Shown here piece by piece: positions 38,998-52,055 of a stretch of 64,000 nucleotides of DNA. The stretch comes from Lama guanicoe. Taxonomy: Eukaryota. Location: contig MU053482.1 in the NCBI GenBank assembly GCA_013239625.1, positions 781,168 through 845,167 on the forward strand, given 5' to 3'. The notes under the pieces are model-generated. The model saw only the letters and a list, made by a program, of their open reading frames with translations, did not search any database and had not been told where the DNA came from. How positions within the stretch are numbered: position 1 is the stretch's first letter; every line of letters starts with the position of its first letter. The translations under genes were made by a program, and so were the position numbers.

Positions 38998-39734
38998 GCC
39001 TTGAGGGGTATAATAAAAACGGCTCCTGAATGATAAATTGCATCTGGGCTGGAAGAACTGTAAGTCAGACAGAAAGCTGTATCTCAGCGTACTTCCCTGA
39101 ATGTCGTGACTCTTACATAATCAGTCACGCTCTCCGGGGAACCCTGAGAGCTGCACTTGGAGTTGTTAGGTACCGGCTCCTGTGGAAGGCTCTTCAGTCA
39201 GGACGCCTTCTGCCCGACCCACACGGGCCACCTCTCCTTTCACTGGAGCTGTATACTCTGTGAGAATGCCTACTGAAGAGTGTGTTGGTTACGCACTCCT
39301 GTGCTCACTAGCAAGCTGTGCTTTCTGCCCAGGAGCCTTCACAGCGGCCTGGCGGGTGCCGGGTTGACCTGTGGTAGTCTCGAGAGTCTGAAGTGTTTAG
39401 TTGAGCCTAAGCCCACCCTGGTGGGCATTGCAGACTGGCTCACAGTGAATCCTAACAAGTGGAAACTTTTAATTATTATAGTCTGGGAATGTACTTTTTG
39501 ACTTATCCATGTTCATTATCTGTAGGTCATATTTGTATCTTTTTTTTCCCCCTGTTCTGTCAGGTACCTGAAGATTGGCTCTGAAGCCTCTAGAACTTTC
39601 CTCTTACTGAGATATAACTTAGTTCAAATCACACTGCATATATATAGTACACAAGTGCTTAGCTCAAGCCTGAGAATTATTGGAATCCTCTGGCAAGACA
39701 AATTTGAATAGCACCGGGAGTTCTATCTGGGAAG

Positions 39735-40134
39735 ATGCAGCCTCTGAACAAGTTGATGGCTATCCCAAAACCTCAGAGCCTGGCTCCTCATGAACAAAGT
39801 GAGGTCCTGAGAGCTGATGTGTCTTGGCAGCAGGAAACCATCCCAGGCGTGGGGACAGATGACTGTGAGGCCTCTCGTCAGAAGTTCAGACGTTTCCAGT
39901 ATTTGAAAGTGTCTGGGCCTCATGAAGCCCTGAGCCAACTCTGGGAGCTCTGTCTTCAGTGGCTGAGACCAGAGATTCATACAAAGAAGCAGATCCTAGA
40001 GCTGTTGGTGCTGGAACAGTTCCTGACAGTTCTCCCCGAAGAAGTCAGGACTTGGGTGAATTTACAGCATCCAAAGAACAGCAAAGAAGTGGTGAGCCTC
40101 ATAGGAGATGTGTTTGATATGCTTGAAGATGAAG
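39735..40134 (+). CDS. ZNF215: ZNF215 coding exon 1 (SCAN domain)
   Basis: [10 protein letters not shown]...[12 protein letters not shown]...[37 protein letters not shown] is a SCAN box. Donor GAAG|gtgaga at 40134/40135 (400 nt, phase 1). Upstream acceptor ctgtcag ends at 39563. Confidence 0.95.
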
Positions 40135-40205
40135 GTGAGAATATAGACAATTGGAGGTTGAAAAGTTGACCCTTCTTATATGAAGAAAAATTATCTTTAA
40201 AAAAA

Positions 40206-40566
40206 AGTTTTTGTTGACAGATAGTTGATGTACAATATTATGTAAGTTACAGATATATAATATAGTGATTCACTATTTTTAAAGGTTATACTATATTCAT
40301 ACTTATAAAATATTGGCTATGTGCCCTGTGTTGTACTGTATCCTTGTAGCTTATTTTATACATAATAGTTTGCACCTCCTAGTCGCCTGCCCCTATATTG
40401 CCCTTCCCCCACTTCCCTCTTCCCACTGGTAACCACTTTGTTCTCTATATTTGTCTTTCTGTTTTGTTATATTTACTAGTTTGTTTTATTTTCTAGATTC
40501 CACATGTAGGTGATACCATACAGTATTTGTCTTTCTCTGTCTGACTTATTACACTTAACATAATAA
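40206..40566 (-). mobile_element. LINE-1 3' UTR fragment
   Basis: atagttgatgtacaatatt...ccactggtaaccact...agattccacatgtaggtgataccatacagtatttgtc. Confidence 0.85.
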
Positions 40567-40713
40567 CTTTTTCTGAAGCTGGAGGGTGTCAGGGGCAGAT
40601 CATGAAGAACTTTACCGTATTAGGAGGGCTGACCTGAAATCTCAGAGACTGAGGAGGGAAGTATAACAATTTTATTTAACTTTCAAAAATACCGTGTTGG
40701 TTTCAGCCTGGAG

Positions 40714-40926
40714 CAGGGGCCAGCAAACTATGACCACAGGTCAAATAATTTTGGAAATAAAGTTTTATTGGAACCACAGCCACACCCAGTCCTGTAAGTT
40801 TTGTCTATAGCTGCCTTCATACTATGACTAGAGTTGATTAGTTGCAGCAGAGATGGTATTCCCTGCGAAGCCTAAATAAAATGTTTACAATCTGGATCTT
40901 TACAGAAAAAAACTTATCAACTTCTG
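40714..40926. mobile_element. MER58A-like hAT-Charlie transposon
   Basis: caggggccagcaaactatg...aataaagttttattggaaccacagccac...tttacagaaaaa. Confidence 0.85.
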
Positions 40927-41235
40927 GTGTAAAGGATAGCACTGAGGGCCCTGAAAATAGTAAACCCAGTTAGGAACTATTGTAAAAATCAGGTGTTAGA
41001 TAATGAGGAAGGATTGGGAAACCAGAGGAATTTGAACCTAAAGGATTTATTGACTACATGTTAGGTGTGAATGGGATAAATGTTCTGGCTTACGTGAATG
41101 AAGCATAGGTAACAGATTTTGTTGGAGGCGAGATTAATGTATTAATTATGTGGCATGTTGAATTTGAAGTCTTTGTGGGACAGCCACAGTGAAAAATTAA
41201 TATATAGTTAACAGTAGGGCTTTAGTGTTGAGAAG

Positions 41236-42415
41236 TATAGCAGTTTCTGTTGCTGCTGTAACCATAAACTTGGTTGTAACCATAAAATTGGTTGCTTCAA
41301 ACAATGTGAATGTTTAGTCCTACAGGTCTGTAGATCAGTGAGTCTCTGGGCTAAAATCAAGAAAGAAAAATGTAGAAAATCATAGATATAAACAGAAGTA
41401 GGAGAAATACAAATCCTTAGGGAGAAGCTAACTACCAGTTATAGAAAATGTGTAGGCTACAGGGACGTGTTAAACTATACCCTGGGAATGCCATTAGTAA
41501 AACCCAACCTGTGGGAAACAAGACAATTCAGTTTCTAAAACAAAATAATTCTAAGGGTGCAGGGAGGGATATGGAAGGAGGGATTTAGAAATTAAAAGAA
41601 ACATAGAAGATGTGTAATGATCATGTGAATGTGTGGACCTTTTAAGACATGAGGCAACTGACTGGATATTTGATGACACATTACTGATTAGAGACAGTGA
41701 TGATATTGGTACTGGGGTTATATTTAGTCTTTGTCTGAAAAATAAATGAAGAGCTGAGCAAAATAAGAAAACTCAGGTAAGCAGGCTAGAAAGAAGTAAT
41801 CCAGGAAGTCAAAGAGCCAGGATAGATTGGTGTCTTGAGCTTAGAAGGAAGAAATTTTCAAGAAGGGAGTGTTCAACAGTGTTGCAATAAAAAGGTCCTG
41901 TTAAGACATGTATTGAAAATAATTTATTGAAATTGTTGATTAGGTCACTGGTCCAACATGGGTCTCCCTGGGCTAAAATCAAGGCATCAGTAGGACTGCA
42001 TTCCTTTTTGGACCTCATAATCCCTTTCCCCCATCTTCAAAGCTGGTAACAATGAGCTAAGTCCTTTTCACACTGCCATCTCTCTGACTCTCCTTTCTGT
42101 TTTCACAGTGTGGGCACTGGCACACCTGCACACACTCACACCCTTTAGCATGTGCTCGCTCTGTCTCTGTCTCTGTCTCTGTCTCTGTCTCTGTCTCTCT
42201 CTCTCCCCCTCCCCCTCCCCTCCTCCTCCCCCTCTCCCTCTCTCTCTCACTGACCACAGCTGGGAAAGGTTCTCTGCTTTTCAGGACTCATATATGATTA
42301 GTTTGGGACCATCCAAACTAGATAGTCCAGGATGATTTTTTTCATCTCATGTTTTGCCATGTATCAAAGTAATCCATGGACATCTCAGGGGGGCTATAAT
42401 TCTGTCTATCCCATG
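41236..42415 (-). mobile_element. MLT1 LTR in two pieces (about 41236-41361 and 41950-42415) separated by L1MC-like and L2-like sequence
   Basis: ttgctgctgtaac...ctgggctaaaatcaagg...tgaccacagctgggaaaggttctctgcttttcaggactca. Confidence 0.7.
42159..42248. repeat. (CTCTGT)n plus CT/CCCCT polypyrimidine tract
   Basis: Read directly; it accounts for the low-complexity ORFs at 42057-42335. Confidence 0.9.
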
Positions 42416-42458
42416 GGTCAAAAAAATGTGAAGTATGAGGTGGGAATGTAATAATGAT

Positions 42459-42459
42459 T

Positions 42460-42506
<47 letters not shown>
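42459..42506. repeat. (TTTA)12 microsatellite
   Basis: Read directly; flanked by direct repeat ataatgatt. Confidence 0.95.
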
Positions 42507-43119
42507 TAATGATTCTAGACAATTTTTGAGATGTTTAGTTGGGAAGGAAATGAGAGGTTGCAGGGTAATCCAGGACTGAGAAAGGCTTTTGGTTTCTTAT
42601 AACGTGCCATGTCTCCCTGAAGAACCCTCTTAAAAGATTTGCCCTTATTTTACCTAACTCAAAACTCTCACAGGGCTGAGGTGACTACCTGGGTAGTATT
42701 TGTTGAAAACATTTAATGAAAAATGTATTAGCCACTGCCACTTGGGACAGCAAACTAACATTTGGAACAAACAGACTAAGCAAAAAATTGAGAGGAAAGG
42801 TGCTTTAGGGAGTAAGGAATTTAAAAAGCTCCTACACATTCCTAGAGATCTAGAAGGCTGGATACCTGTTCAGAAAGATGACCTGAGTCACCTGGTTCTC
42901 ACCTCTGACCAGCCCTGAGGCTCTGCTGAAGCAGGAAGCGATGACTAAGGTAGAAGAGAAAACTGTCTGGCTGAGTGTGGAAGGCATTCCTTAACTCAGA
43001 AAGCCCATCTGCAAAGGCTAGGAAATGGTTTTTGTCTTTGTTTTTCTGGTTTTAAGGACATCTGTGGAATCACTAGCTAACTATTAAGTGGGCACGCTCA
43101 ACAAAGAATATAGACTTTG

Positions 43120-45972
43120 TAAATTCAAAAAAGAGGTTGAAAAGATCAACAACATAGATAAAAGTTTAGCTACAATGTCCAGGAAAAAAGAGAAGACTAA
43201 AATTACTGAAATCAGGAATAAAGGTAGGGACATTACTGCTGATCTTCCATAGATCGGAAGGATTATAAGAGATACTATGAACAGTTATATGCCAACAAAT
43301 TAGATAACTTAGATGAAATAGAACAATTCCAAAAACTACCAAAACTCTCTGAACTCATAACAACTAAAGAGATTGAATCAGTAATTTTTAAAATTTCAAC
43401 AAAGTAAACCCAAGGACAAGATGGCTTCACTGGTGAATTCTCCCAAACACTAAAAGAAGAATTAACAGCAAACTTTCTCAAACTCTTCTTAAAAAAAAAA
43501 TAGAGGGGGAGGGAATACTTCTTGACTTAGGCTATTTTTCCTCTCTTGGATCAGCCTGCTCCCAATTCTCGGGAGTGTACTATCTTTCATGACCTTCTTA
43601 CTTCACTAATAAAAATCTTGCTTACAAAAAACAAAAACAAAAACAAAACTTCTTATCTTATCATATGATGGGAGTTTTAACCTGATGCCAAAGCTAGAGA
43701 CACACATCACAGGACAAGAAAACTGGCGAGCTAAACCCTGCAGCATATAAGAGGATTATACACCATGACGACGTAGAATGAAGGGGAAAGTCGCATGATC
43801 ATTTCAATTGATGCAGAAAAATCATTTGACAGAATTCAGTGCCCTTTCATGATAAAAACACTCAGCAGACTAGAATTTAAAGGGGATTTGTTGAACCTGA
43901 AAAAGGGTATCTGTAAAAACCTCCAGCAAACATCATACTTGACAGTGCAATACGGAAAGCTTTGCCTTTAGGATTAAGAACAAGACAAGCATGCCCCCTT
44001 GTGCCACTTCTATTCAGCACTATACTACAGGCCAGCCAAGAAAAAGATGTAAAAGTCATCCTGATTGGGAAGGAGGAAGTAAAACTCTCCTGGCAGTTGA
44101 CTTATATAGAGCACATTCTAAAGAATCCAGTAAAAACTATTAGACCTGAGAAACAAATTGAACAAAATTTCAAGATACAAGTTTAACATACAAAAATCAG
44201 TTGTCTTCCTACACACTAGCAATGATCAATCATAACTTGAAATTAAAATAAGTTCATTTATAATAGCATCAAAAAGAATAAAATACTTATATATAGTTAA
44301 GAATAAGATACTTAACTATAAATTTAACCAAGGAAGCATAAGATTGAGCCACTGGAAACCGCAAAACGTTGTTGAAAGAAGACCTGAATAAGTGGAAAGA
44401 CATCCTGTGTTCATAGATTGGATGATTTGATGTTGTTACAACAATACTCCCCAAAGCAATCTATATACATTCAAGTGCAATTCACAATTCACATCAAAAT
44501 TCCAGCTACCTTTTTGAAGAAATGGACAAGCTGATCCTAAAATTTACATGGAATTACAAAGGACCCAAATAGCCAAAACAGCCTTGGTAAAGAAGAACAA
44601 AGTTTGAGGATACACACTTCCCAATTTCAAAATTTAAGTCAAAGCTACAGTAATTAAAGCCATGAGGTACTGGAATAGGTTGGACATCTAGATCAGTGGA
44701 ATAGAACTGAGTTCAGAAATAAACTCATGTATCTGTGGTTGACTGATTTTCAGCAAGGGTGCTAAGACCATTAAATAGGAAAACGGTTCTTCAGCAAGTG
44801 GTGCTGGAACAACTTGATATTCAGAGGCAAAAGATTGAAGTAAGGCTTCATACAATATGCAAAAATTAACTGAAAATGGGTCAACAAATCTAAATATAAG
44901 AGCTAAAACTATAAAACTCTTAGAAGAAAACAGAAATAACTCTATCACTTGAATTTGGTATTTGTTGCTTAGATACGGCACCAAAAATACAAGCAACAAA
45001 AGAAAAATTAGGCTTCATCAAAACTAAAAACTTCTGTGCATCAAAAGATACTATTAAGAAAGTGAAAAGGAAACCTGCAGAATGAGAGGAAATATTTGAA
45101 AATCATATCTGGTATAAGCCTAGTGTTGGAAAAACGTAAAGAACTCTTATAACTCTACAACAAATAGACGAGCAACACAATTTTAAAAATGGGTAAAAGA
45201 CTTGAATAGATATTTCTCCTACAAAGATATACAAATGGTTGATAGGCATAGGAATAGTTGTTCCTCATTATTAAGGAATTTTATATCAAACAGTGAGAGA
45301 CCACTTGACATCCACTAGGATGGCTACACTAATTAAAAAAATAATAGTAAGTGTTGGTGAGGATGTGGAGAGATTGGAACCTTCATATTTTGCCTTTAAT
45401 AATGTAAAATGGTGCAGTCACTGTGGAAGACAGTTTGGTAGTTTCTCAAAAAGTTGAATACAGAATTATTATATACACAAGAGAGTTGAAAACATATGTT
45501 TACACACAAGTTGGTACATGAATGTTCATAGCATTATTCATAATAGCCAAAAAACCAATCCAAAAGTTCATCAGCTGATAAAAGACTAAACATTTATATT
45601 CATAGAATGGAATATTACTCAGCCATTAAAAGGAATGAAGTACTGAAACATGCTGCAATATGAATGAACCTTCAAAATATTATGCTAATTTAAAGAAGTG
45701 AGACGCAGAAGGTCACGTACCATATAACTGAATTTATATGAAATGCCCAGAATAGGCAAATCCAAAGAGACAGCATGGGAGGGAGGGGGAAAAGGAAGTG
45801 ACTCCTTAATGGCTATGGGGTTACTTTGGGGGGTAATGAAAATGTTCTGGAATTAGATAGTTGTGATGGTTGCACAGCATTGTGAATATACTAAAAGCCA
45901 TGAATTGTGTACTTTAAAATGGTTAATGTAGTGAATTTTGTGTTATGTGAATTTTACTCAATTTTTTAAAAG
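43120..45972 (+). mobile_element. L1MB-like LINE-1, decayed ORF2 plus 3' UTR, sense orientation in a ZNF215 intron
   Basis: RT remnants (caagatggcttcactggtgaattc; atttcaattgatgcagaaaaatcatttgac; RTRQACPLVPLLF; IGKEEVKLS) and 3' UTR aatgttctggaattagatagttgtgatggttgcacagcattgtgaatatactaaa. Confidence 0.92.
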
Positions 45973-47694
45973 GTAAGGTAAAAGATTATTGGATCAAGCT
46001 AAGATTGGATGTTAGATGTAAAACATCAGTGTTCCAGGAATTTGAAATCTGAAAAGAGTAAATCTGGAAGTGGTTTACCATGAAGTTTAAGCTGCATAGA
46101 AAAGAAAGTGACTTCACAGGAGGGGTGATAGCTTGGGAGAAAATTAAAGAAGCAATGTACAGTGGTGGAACCTTGATGAAAGCTGGAGACTACACCAGGT
46201 AGGACAAGAAAGTGAAAATTGAAAGGATAGGAAAATGTCATTAGGATCGTTTAAGTTTGTTCTTGGAGCAGAACAGTTCTAAGTATGTAAGGACCCAAGT
46301 ATGAAAAAGGAAGTAGCTTGAATTGCTGATTGTTATTAGAAATAAGGTTGTCAAGGGTCTTCAGGCTGGGTTGTGGAAAAGGTTACCTATGCCATTGTTG
46401 AAATAAGCTATCATAAGAATGCAGGGTTTGAGGTGGAAAGCGACAATGTGAGCTAAGTAACTGAAGTTTTTTATTGACCTTGTACAATTACTTATTTGAT
46501 GTCTGTCGTTCACAACAGACTGTAGGCTCTCTGAGGGTGGGCATTTGTGTGCCTCCTGCATAGGAACTTCTTGGTGAATATGAGCTGAATAAGTGAATTT
46601 GCAATAGCTTACTGTATTGCAACATCAAGAAGGCTGCAGCTAAATGGTATGAACCCCTAAAAAAAATTATTCTATGAGAGCAGAAAAATCTTTGTGAGAA
46701 AGTGGGAATGGAAAAATATGAATATATCAAAACAACTTCCAAGACCACAGCTGTGCAGGATGAGAAGAGGAGGCTTTGATGATGGCCAAGATCCATTTTA
46801 GATTAGCAGGAAGAATGCTTTGTAAAGAGCTTTAGAATGTAAATGAATTTTTCTTTGAATGACAGGAGAATTTTGGAGAACACAATTCTAAAGGTTCAAG
46901 GAGGAGGTCAGCAGGGGAGGAGAATGAAGGGAACAAACAGTATTCCATGAGAGCAGTAAAAGGGATGGCTGATTGAAGTTTTATGCATCTTCTCAAGATG
47001 TCTTGCACATTTGCAAGAGTGACAAGAATAAGAAACAATGTGGTATTTACTATCCTAAGGATTACAGGACCAAGCCAACTGAAGTTTCACAGTTATATGT
47101 CTGAATAAGGTTAACAGACTGTCATCTTGTGGCAGCATTCAAGTGGCATGTTGCTGAGAAATTTGTTTTTTTTTTTTCTTCAAATTCGACTTTCTTTACA
47201 AAATGGTCTCAAATATCTCCTACATTGTTTCTATTTTTTCTTATTTCACCCTGAATCAGTGAAAACTTCTTCACAGACCAGTATTAGCCCATAGCCTGGC
47301 CTTTGAGGATTAGTGGTGTAATTTAAAGAATCTTGGAGAAACATTAGGAAGCTGTCCTTGGGTATACTTCTCACCAAAGGGCTGAAGAAAATTGGTTGCT
47401 GCTCAGATTTTTATGTCCTGAAAGAGTCAGTAGTTCATGGTGACCAGACTGCCTAAGTCTTTGCGTGGTATACACAGAGCAAGGTAGAGGGAAGGAACCC
47501 TCAAGTAGAGTAATCCCCAGTGTCTTTGAGGAAGGGTTTGGTTGGGTAAAATATTCTTAGCTCCCAGTGGAATTACAGCCTGTGGTGGCTAAGCCTTAGT
47601 TAGGCTTCTGTTTTGACAAGATTAAAGTTATTTTTTTGGATCTGCTGTAACTACAGATGAGGCCTCAAAATGCTATTTTGGCTCTCTTCTCTGT

Positions 47695-48057
47695 GATCCA
47701 GTAATTCTTGACCCCCGGTAGAACATCAGAATCACTTTGAGCTTTTTAAAAATAAAAGATCAGGACCCCACCGTTGGAGACTCTGATTGCTGATGGAGCC
47801 CGACATCATTTTTTCAAAGTTCTGAAGATGACTCCTATGAGTAGCACGTTTGAAACTACTAACTACTATATATAAATATAAAATAGATAAACAAGTTTCT
47901 ACTGTACAGCACAGGGAACTATATTCAATATCTTGTAATTACCTATAATGAAAAAGAATATGAAAAGGAATACATGTATGTATATGTGTGACAAACATGC
48001 TGTACACCAGAAATTGACACAACATTGTAAACTGACTATACTTCAATAAAAAAAAAA
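47695..48057 (+). mobile_element. MER5A-like fragment followed by a short camelid-type L1 3' end with poly(A)
   Basis: catcagaatcactttgagc...ctctgatt, then acagcacagggaactatattcaatatc...aactgactatacttcaataaaaaaaaaa. Confidence 0.8.
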
Positions 48058-48144
48058 TGGGAAGAAAAATCCACTACTATAATCATTAAAAGTTTCCCCG
48101 GGGCAAAACTTGTCTCCCTAATGTTTTTTCTTCATCCTCCTCAG

Positions 48145-48233
48145 CTATGACCTGCAAGGATTCTGCCCTCCTCCAGAAGTGGGGCGTCAGGAAGGAGAAC
48201 ATGGACGCTCACTCACTAACAGGCACATCCCAG
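48145..48233 (+). CDS. ZNF215: ZNF215 coding exon 2 (SCAN-KRAB linker)
   Basis: Acceptor ttcatcctcctcag|, donor CAG|gtaaat. 89 nt, phase 1 to 0; reads (A)MTCKDSALLQKWGVRKENMDAHSLTGTSQ, similar to recalled human MPCKDSALQ. Confidence 0.88.
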
Positions 48234-49570
48234 GTAAATTAGGGTTCCACTCTTGATGGAAATGTTCTGCCTTTGTCCTTCGAACTTTTCCCAAACATAG
48301 TTCCATCTAAGGACATGACTGTTAAGTCTGCCACAGGATGCTGGACCTGTTTCAGTTGACGACACACATTTTGGAAAATATTTTAATCTTTGTATGTTCT
48401 CTGTGCATCTGTTCTCTCAAGACTGTAGATGATAATTGGAGCTATCAAAATAGGGTTGGCCCAGGGAATGTTTAGAAGTGAAGGAGGCCAAGGTCAGAAT
48501 CCTGACCGGTGTCATCTAATAGTCAGGAGCAGAAGAAACTTCAAGGGATACTGAAATGAAAGGACCATGGTAGTAGAGGTTAACCAGGAAAATACCATAT
48601 CACCTTGAGGCAAAGGATGAGCATATTTCTAGGGGAACTCAAACATTCAGAAAAACACAGCCTAAGTAGTGTCTGTTCACTTAACATCATGGAGATACAA
48701 GCATGCATGGGAATAGAAGCCAGATTGCAGAGGACTGAGGAAGAAGGGAAAGGTGAGGATGTAGGCAAAACAAAGGCAGCTTACAAAGCCTGGCTCTGAG
48801 GTGTTGGAAGGATTTGTTTATTTCGGTATGATTGAAGGTGCCAGTAAGGACCAGGTTGAGGATGCTGGAGAGAGAGGTGCAATAACCGATGGGCTGAGGG
48901 CCCTTGTAACAAGTATTTATGCAGTGCCAACGTGCCAGAGAGCCTGCCAAGGGCTGGGAATCTAAGGAAACGGAACAAAATGCCTGCCTTTATGGAGATT
49001 ACATTCTAGTAGAAGTAGACAGGAAAACTCATGCAAATAAGATAATTGCAGATAATAATTGTTACAGAGAAAATAAACATAATGCAGTAGACTGATTAGG
49101 AGGATGGCTACTTTGTTGGGTAATCAGGAAATGCCGATGTGACAGAACAGAAGGATGAGGCATGAGAAAGAGATGCTACCTCTTCTGCTAGCAGAGCCTA
49201 CGTCTTCATACAGATTTCCTTCAAGTCTACTTAATAAACTCTTCCTGATCTAAACTCCTTTCATGTGAATTACTTGTACTCTATAGTATTTTTTTACAGT
49301 TTCATAGTTATTCCAACTGTTTTTTTTCCTCCTTAATTAAAATGTAAGCTAATCTAGAGTTAGGATGGCCCTTCATTTTCCTTTTGGCAGCCCTCATGGA
49401 GTACCAAGAGGATAGGCCCCTAATGTAACTTGATTTTTATCACTTAGAACCCCAAACACTGTCATATCAATTTCTTGTATATTCTGGCCACCTACCCTGT
49501 TCTTTCCAAATTCATTTCTCCTCTGTAATATTTTTGGGACCTTTGATTAAAAAGGAACTTAATGTTTTAG

Positions 49571-49756
<186 letters not shown>

Positions 49757-50025
49757 TGAGAACTACAGGACTGCTGCAGTGGTTAAGGGCATCTGGGTTT
49801 AGCTTCAGGTTTCTTAATAACTTTTGGGCACAGTAGCAGATTTTCCTGCCGTGTGGGTTTGAAAGTCCTTTCTGGTGCAATGCTAGAAAAACACAGGTCC
49901 ACAGTGATCTCTGGCGTTACCTTTTAGCAGCTCTTAGACAACTGCGTTGGGGTGGAATTCTCTTCCCTGTAAAAATGCCTGAAATGTCATGTTTGTTTGT
50001 TTCTTTTTATTTTCCCCATGAACAG

Positions 50026-50121
50026 AGCATCTGCTTTCCAAACCAGTTGAGATCGCCAAGTTGGAGAGTAAGGAAAAAAGTTGGATAATGGAACAAGAAA
50101 TCCCGAGAGCAACTGTTTTTG
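50026..50121 (+). CDS. ZNF215: ZNF215 coding exon 4 (divergent KRAB-B-like)
   Basis: ttccccatgaacag| acceptor typical of KRAB-B exons; reads (E)HLLSKPVEIAKLESKEKSWIMEQEIPRATVF; donor G|gtaaga; 96 nt, phase 1 to 1. Confidence 0.9.
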
Positions 50122-50289
50122 GTAAGAATGGGCGGATCTAAGTCATTAGTAAGAAGCTTCTGTTTGGTAAATACACAGACAAATAAAACCCAGGCTTTGA
50201 GTTGATAGTTGAGAGGTGACAACAAACCAGCTAAACCTTGAAGAAAAAAGTCATTGCTTTTCATTCACATTCTTCTTTCTCATGTGGAC

Positions 50290-50480
50290 AGGCCGTGTGG
50301 GTTAGGAACACAGACTCTAACACAGGCAGAGTGGCCTGGGGTGAGCTTGCTGCTAGTTTCCTCATCTGTAACATAGACTTAGTAACAGTGTTTCCCTCCA
50401 CTTTACTGTGAGGATTAAATGAGGTGATATGTGTAGCACACTTAGAACAGCACCTGGTAAGTGCTTTATAAACAAACGTT
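50290..50480 (+). mobile_element. MIR SINE
   Basis: agtttcctcatctgtaac...tgtgaggattaaatgagg...gcacacttagaacag. Confidence 0.75.
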
Positions 50481-51399
50481 AGCCAACCTAACTTTAAATC
50501 ATATTCTTCCTTTTAAAGAGAAGCAAAGAACTGCTTTATACTAGAGCGACTTCAGTAATCTTCCATGTTTCTCCCTTTTACTGTAGGACTCCTTAACTTG
50601 GGCCTTAACTCCCTACCCTCCTCATAATCTCCTTATTCTTAACATTTTCTTTGTAAGAGATTAGAAATTACTGTGTGCTTGATATAAATTTTAATGAGTA
50701 TAGAAAAGTATGAAGAGGAGTATAACTCACTCCATCACCCCAGGGCTGTGCAGAATTAACATTGTGGTTTGTTTTTCTTAAGCCATTTTCTTTGTTGGGG
50801 ATGATATGCACCTGTATCTTGTAAAGATTTCTTTTTTCCAAAATCAGGATCATCAGTAATATGTCATTATATTTTCTGCTCTTCCCCCCTCATATGATAT
50901 CATGAGCAAGCACCTATTTAAATAGTCTATGAACATGTGTTTTCTGACTCACATATGACAGTCCATCACATACACGTATAACAGTGTATTTAACCACTCC
51001 CCACCCCAGCTGTTGGGCCTTTCGTTTGTTGCCAGTTTTTCAGGCTTATCTGATGCCTTCCACAGGATGCCTGCTTAGAAGAGGAACTTCAGCATCAAAG
51101 GGTGTAAATATATTGACTGTCTTGCTGCATTAGGCTGTATTGTCTACAGAAAGGTTATACCAACTCACTCTCACTAATATTAGTATTATTGTCACTCTGT
51201 TTACTGTCTCTGTTGTCACTCTGGAAAACACTGAGTGTTGTTTACCTGAAATCTTTGTTCACTTGTTAGGCAGTTTCCTCCATTTCTTCCTTTGTAAGAT
51301 AGATCCTCTCCCAGATTATCCTCTGGACCCCATTTCGTCCTGCCTTTTTTAACTTATATTTTCAGCATTTCTGCCGTATCCTTCCATTAACTTTTTAAC

Positions 51400-52055
51400 A
51401 CTTTCAGTCCATTATTAATTTTTAAATTTTTTTCTCTCAACTGTATATCCTCTTCTATTACTCTGTTTCTCACCTCTTTATAGCCAGACTTGCCTGGGTT
51501 TTTTATACTTGGCTTTTCTCATTTCCTCGCCCTTTATTCCTCCACCCATTCCTCTTTAGTTCTTACTCCAAATATTAATCTGAAACAGTTCTTGCTGAGG
51601 TCGTTAATGACCTTATTGTAGCTAACTCCAGTGGACATTTTATCTTCCCTTATCTCACTTGACTTCTCAACAGTAGGTGACCCTGCTAACTGCTCCTCCT
51701 TCTTAAAACACTCCTAGGTTCTTGTGACACTTCTGATTTTCCTCTTCTCTTTCTGGCTATTCTGTCTCTGTCTGTGGCAGACTTGTCCTTCTCTACCTAT
51801 CTAATAAATTTCAGTTTTTCAGCATTTGATCTCATTTTGTCTGCTCTTCTTACTCTGTATTTTCTTCCCTAGGTTATCACATCTGCAACTACAGCTTCAG
51901 TTACCACACATTTATAGTGGCTTCCAGATTTGTATCCCCAGTTCAGGCTTCTTCTCTGAACTGATAATTTATATACATATGACATTTCTCTTGATGTCTC
52001 AAAGATGCCTTAATTCCATAAGTCTCTTTCTGCCCTACCTTTGTATCTCCAGTCC
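51400..52055 (+). mobile_element. LINE-2 remnant
   Basis: ttgctgaggtcgttaatgacctt...tccagtggacatttt...cacttgacttctcaacag. Confidence 0.7.

Noticed and set aside
40135..40169. C-terminus of a stand-alone 144-aa SCAN protein
   Set aside because: Read-through past a good donor; the spliced exons join in frame. An intron-retained isoform is possible but unsupported.
42057..42335. ETET/RQRQ/LCLC repeat proteins
   Set aside because: Translations of a microsatellite.
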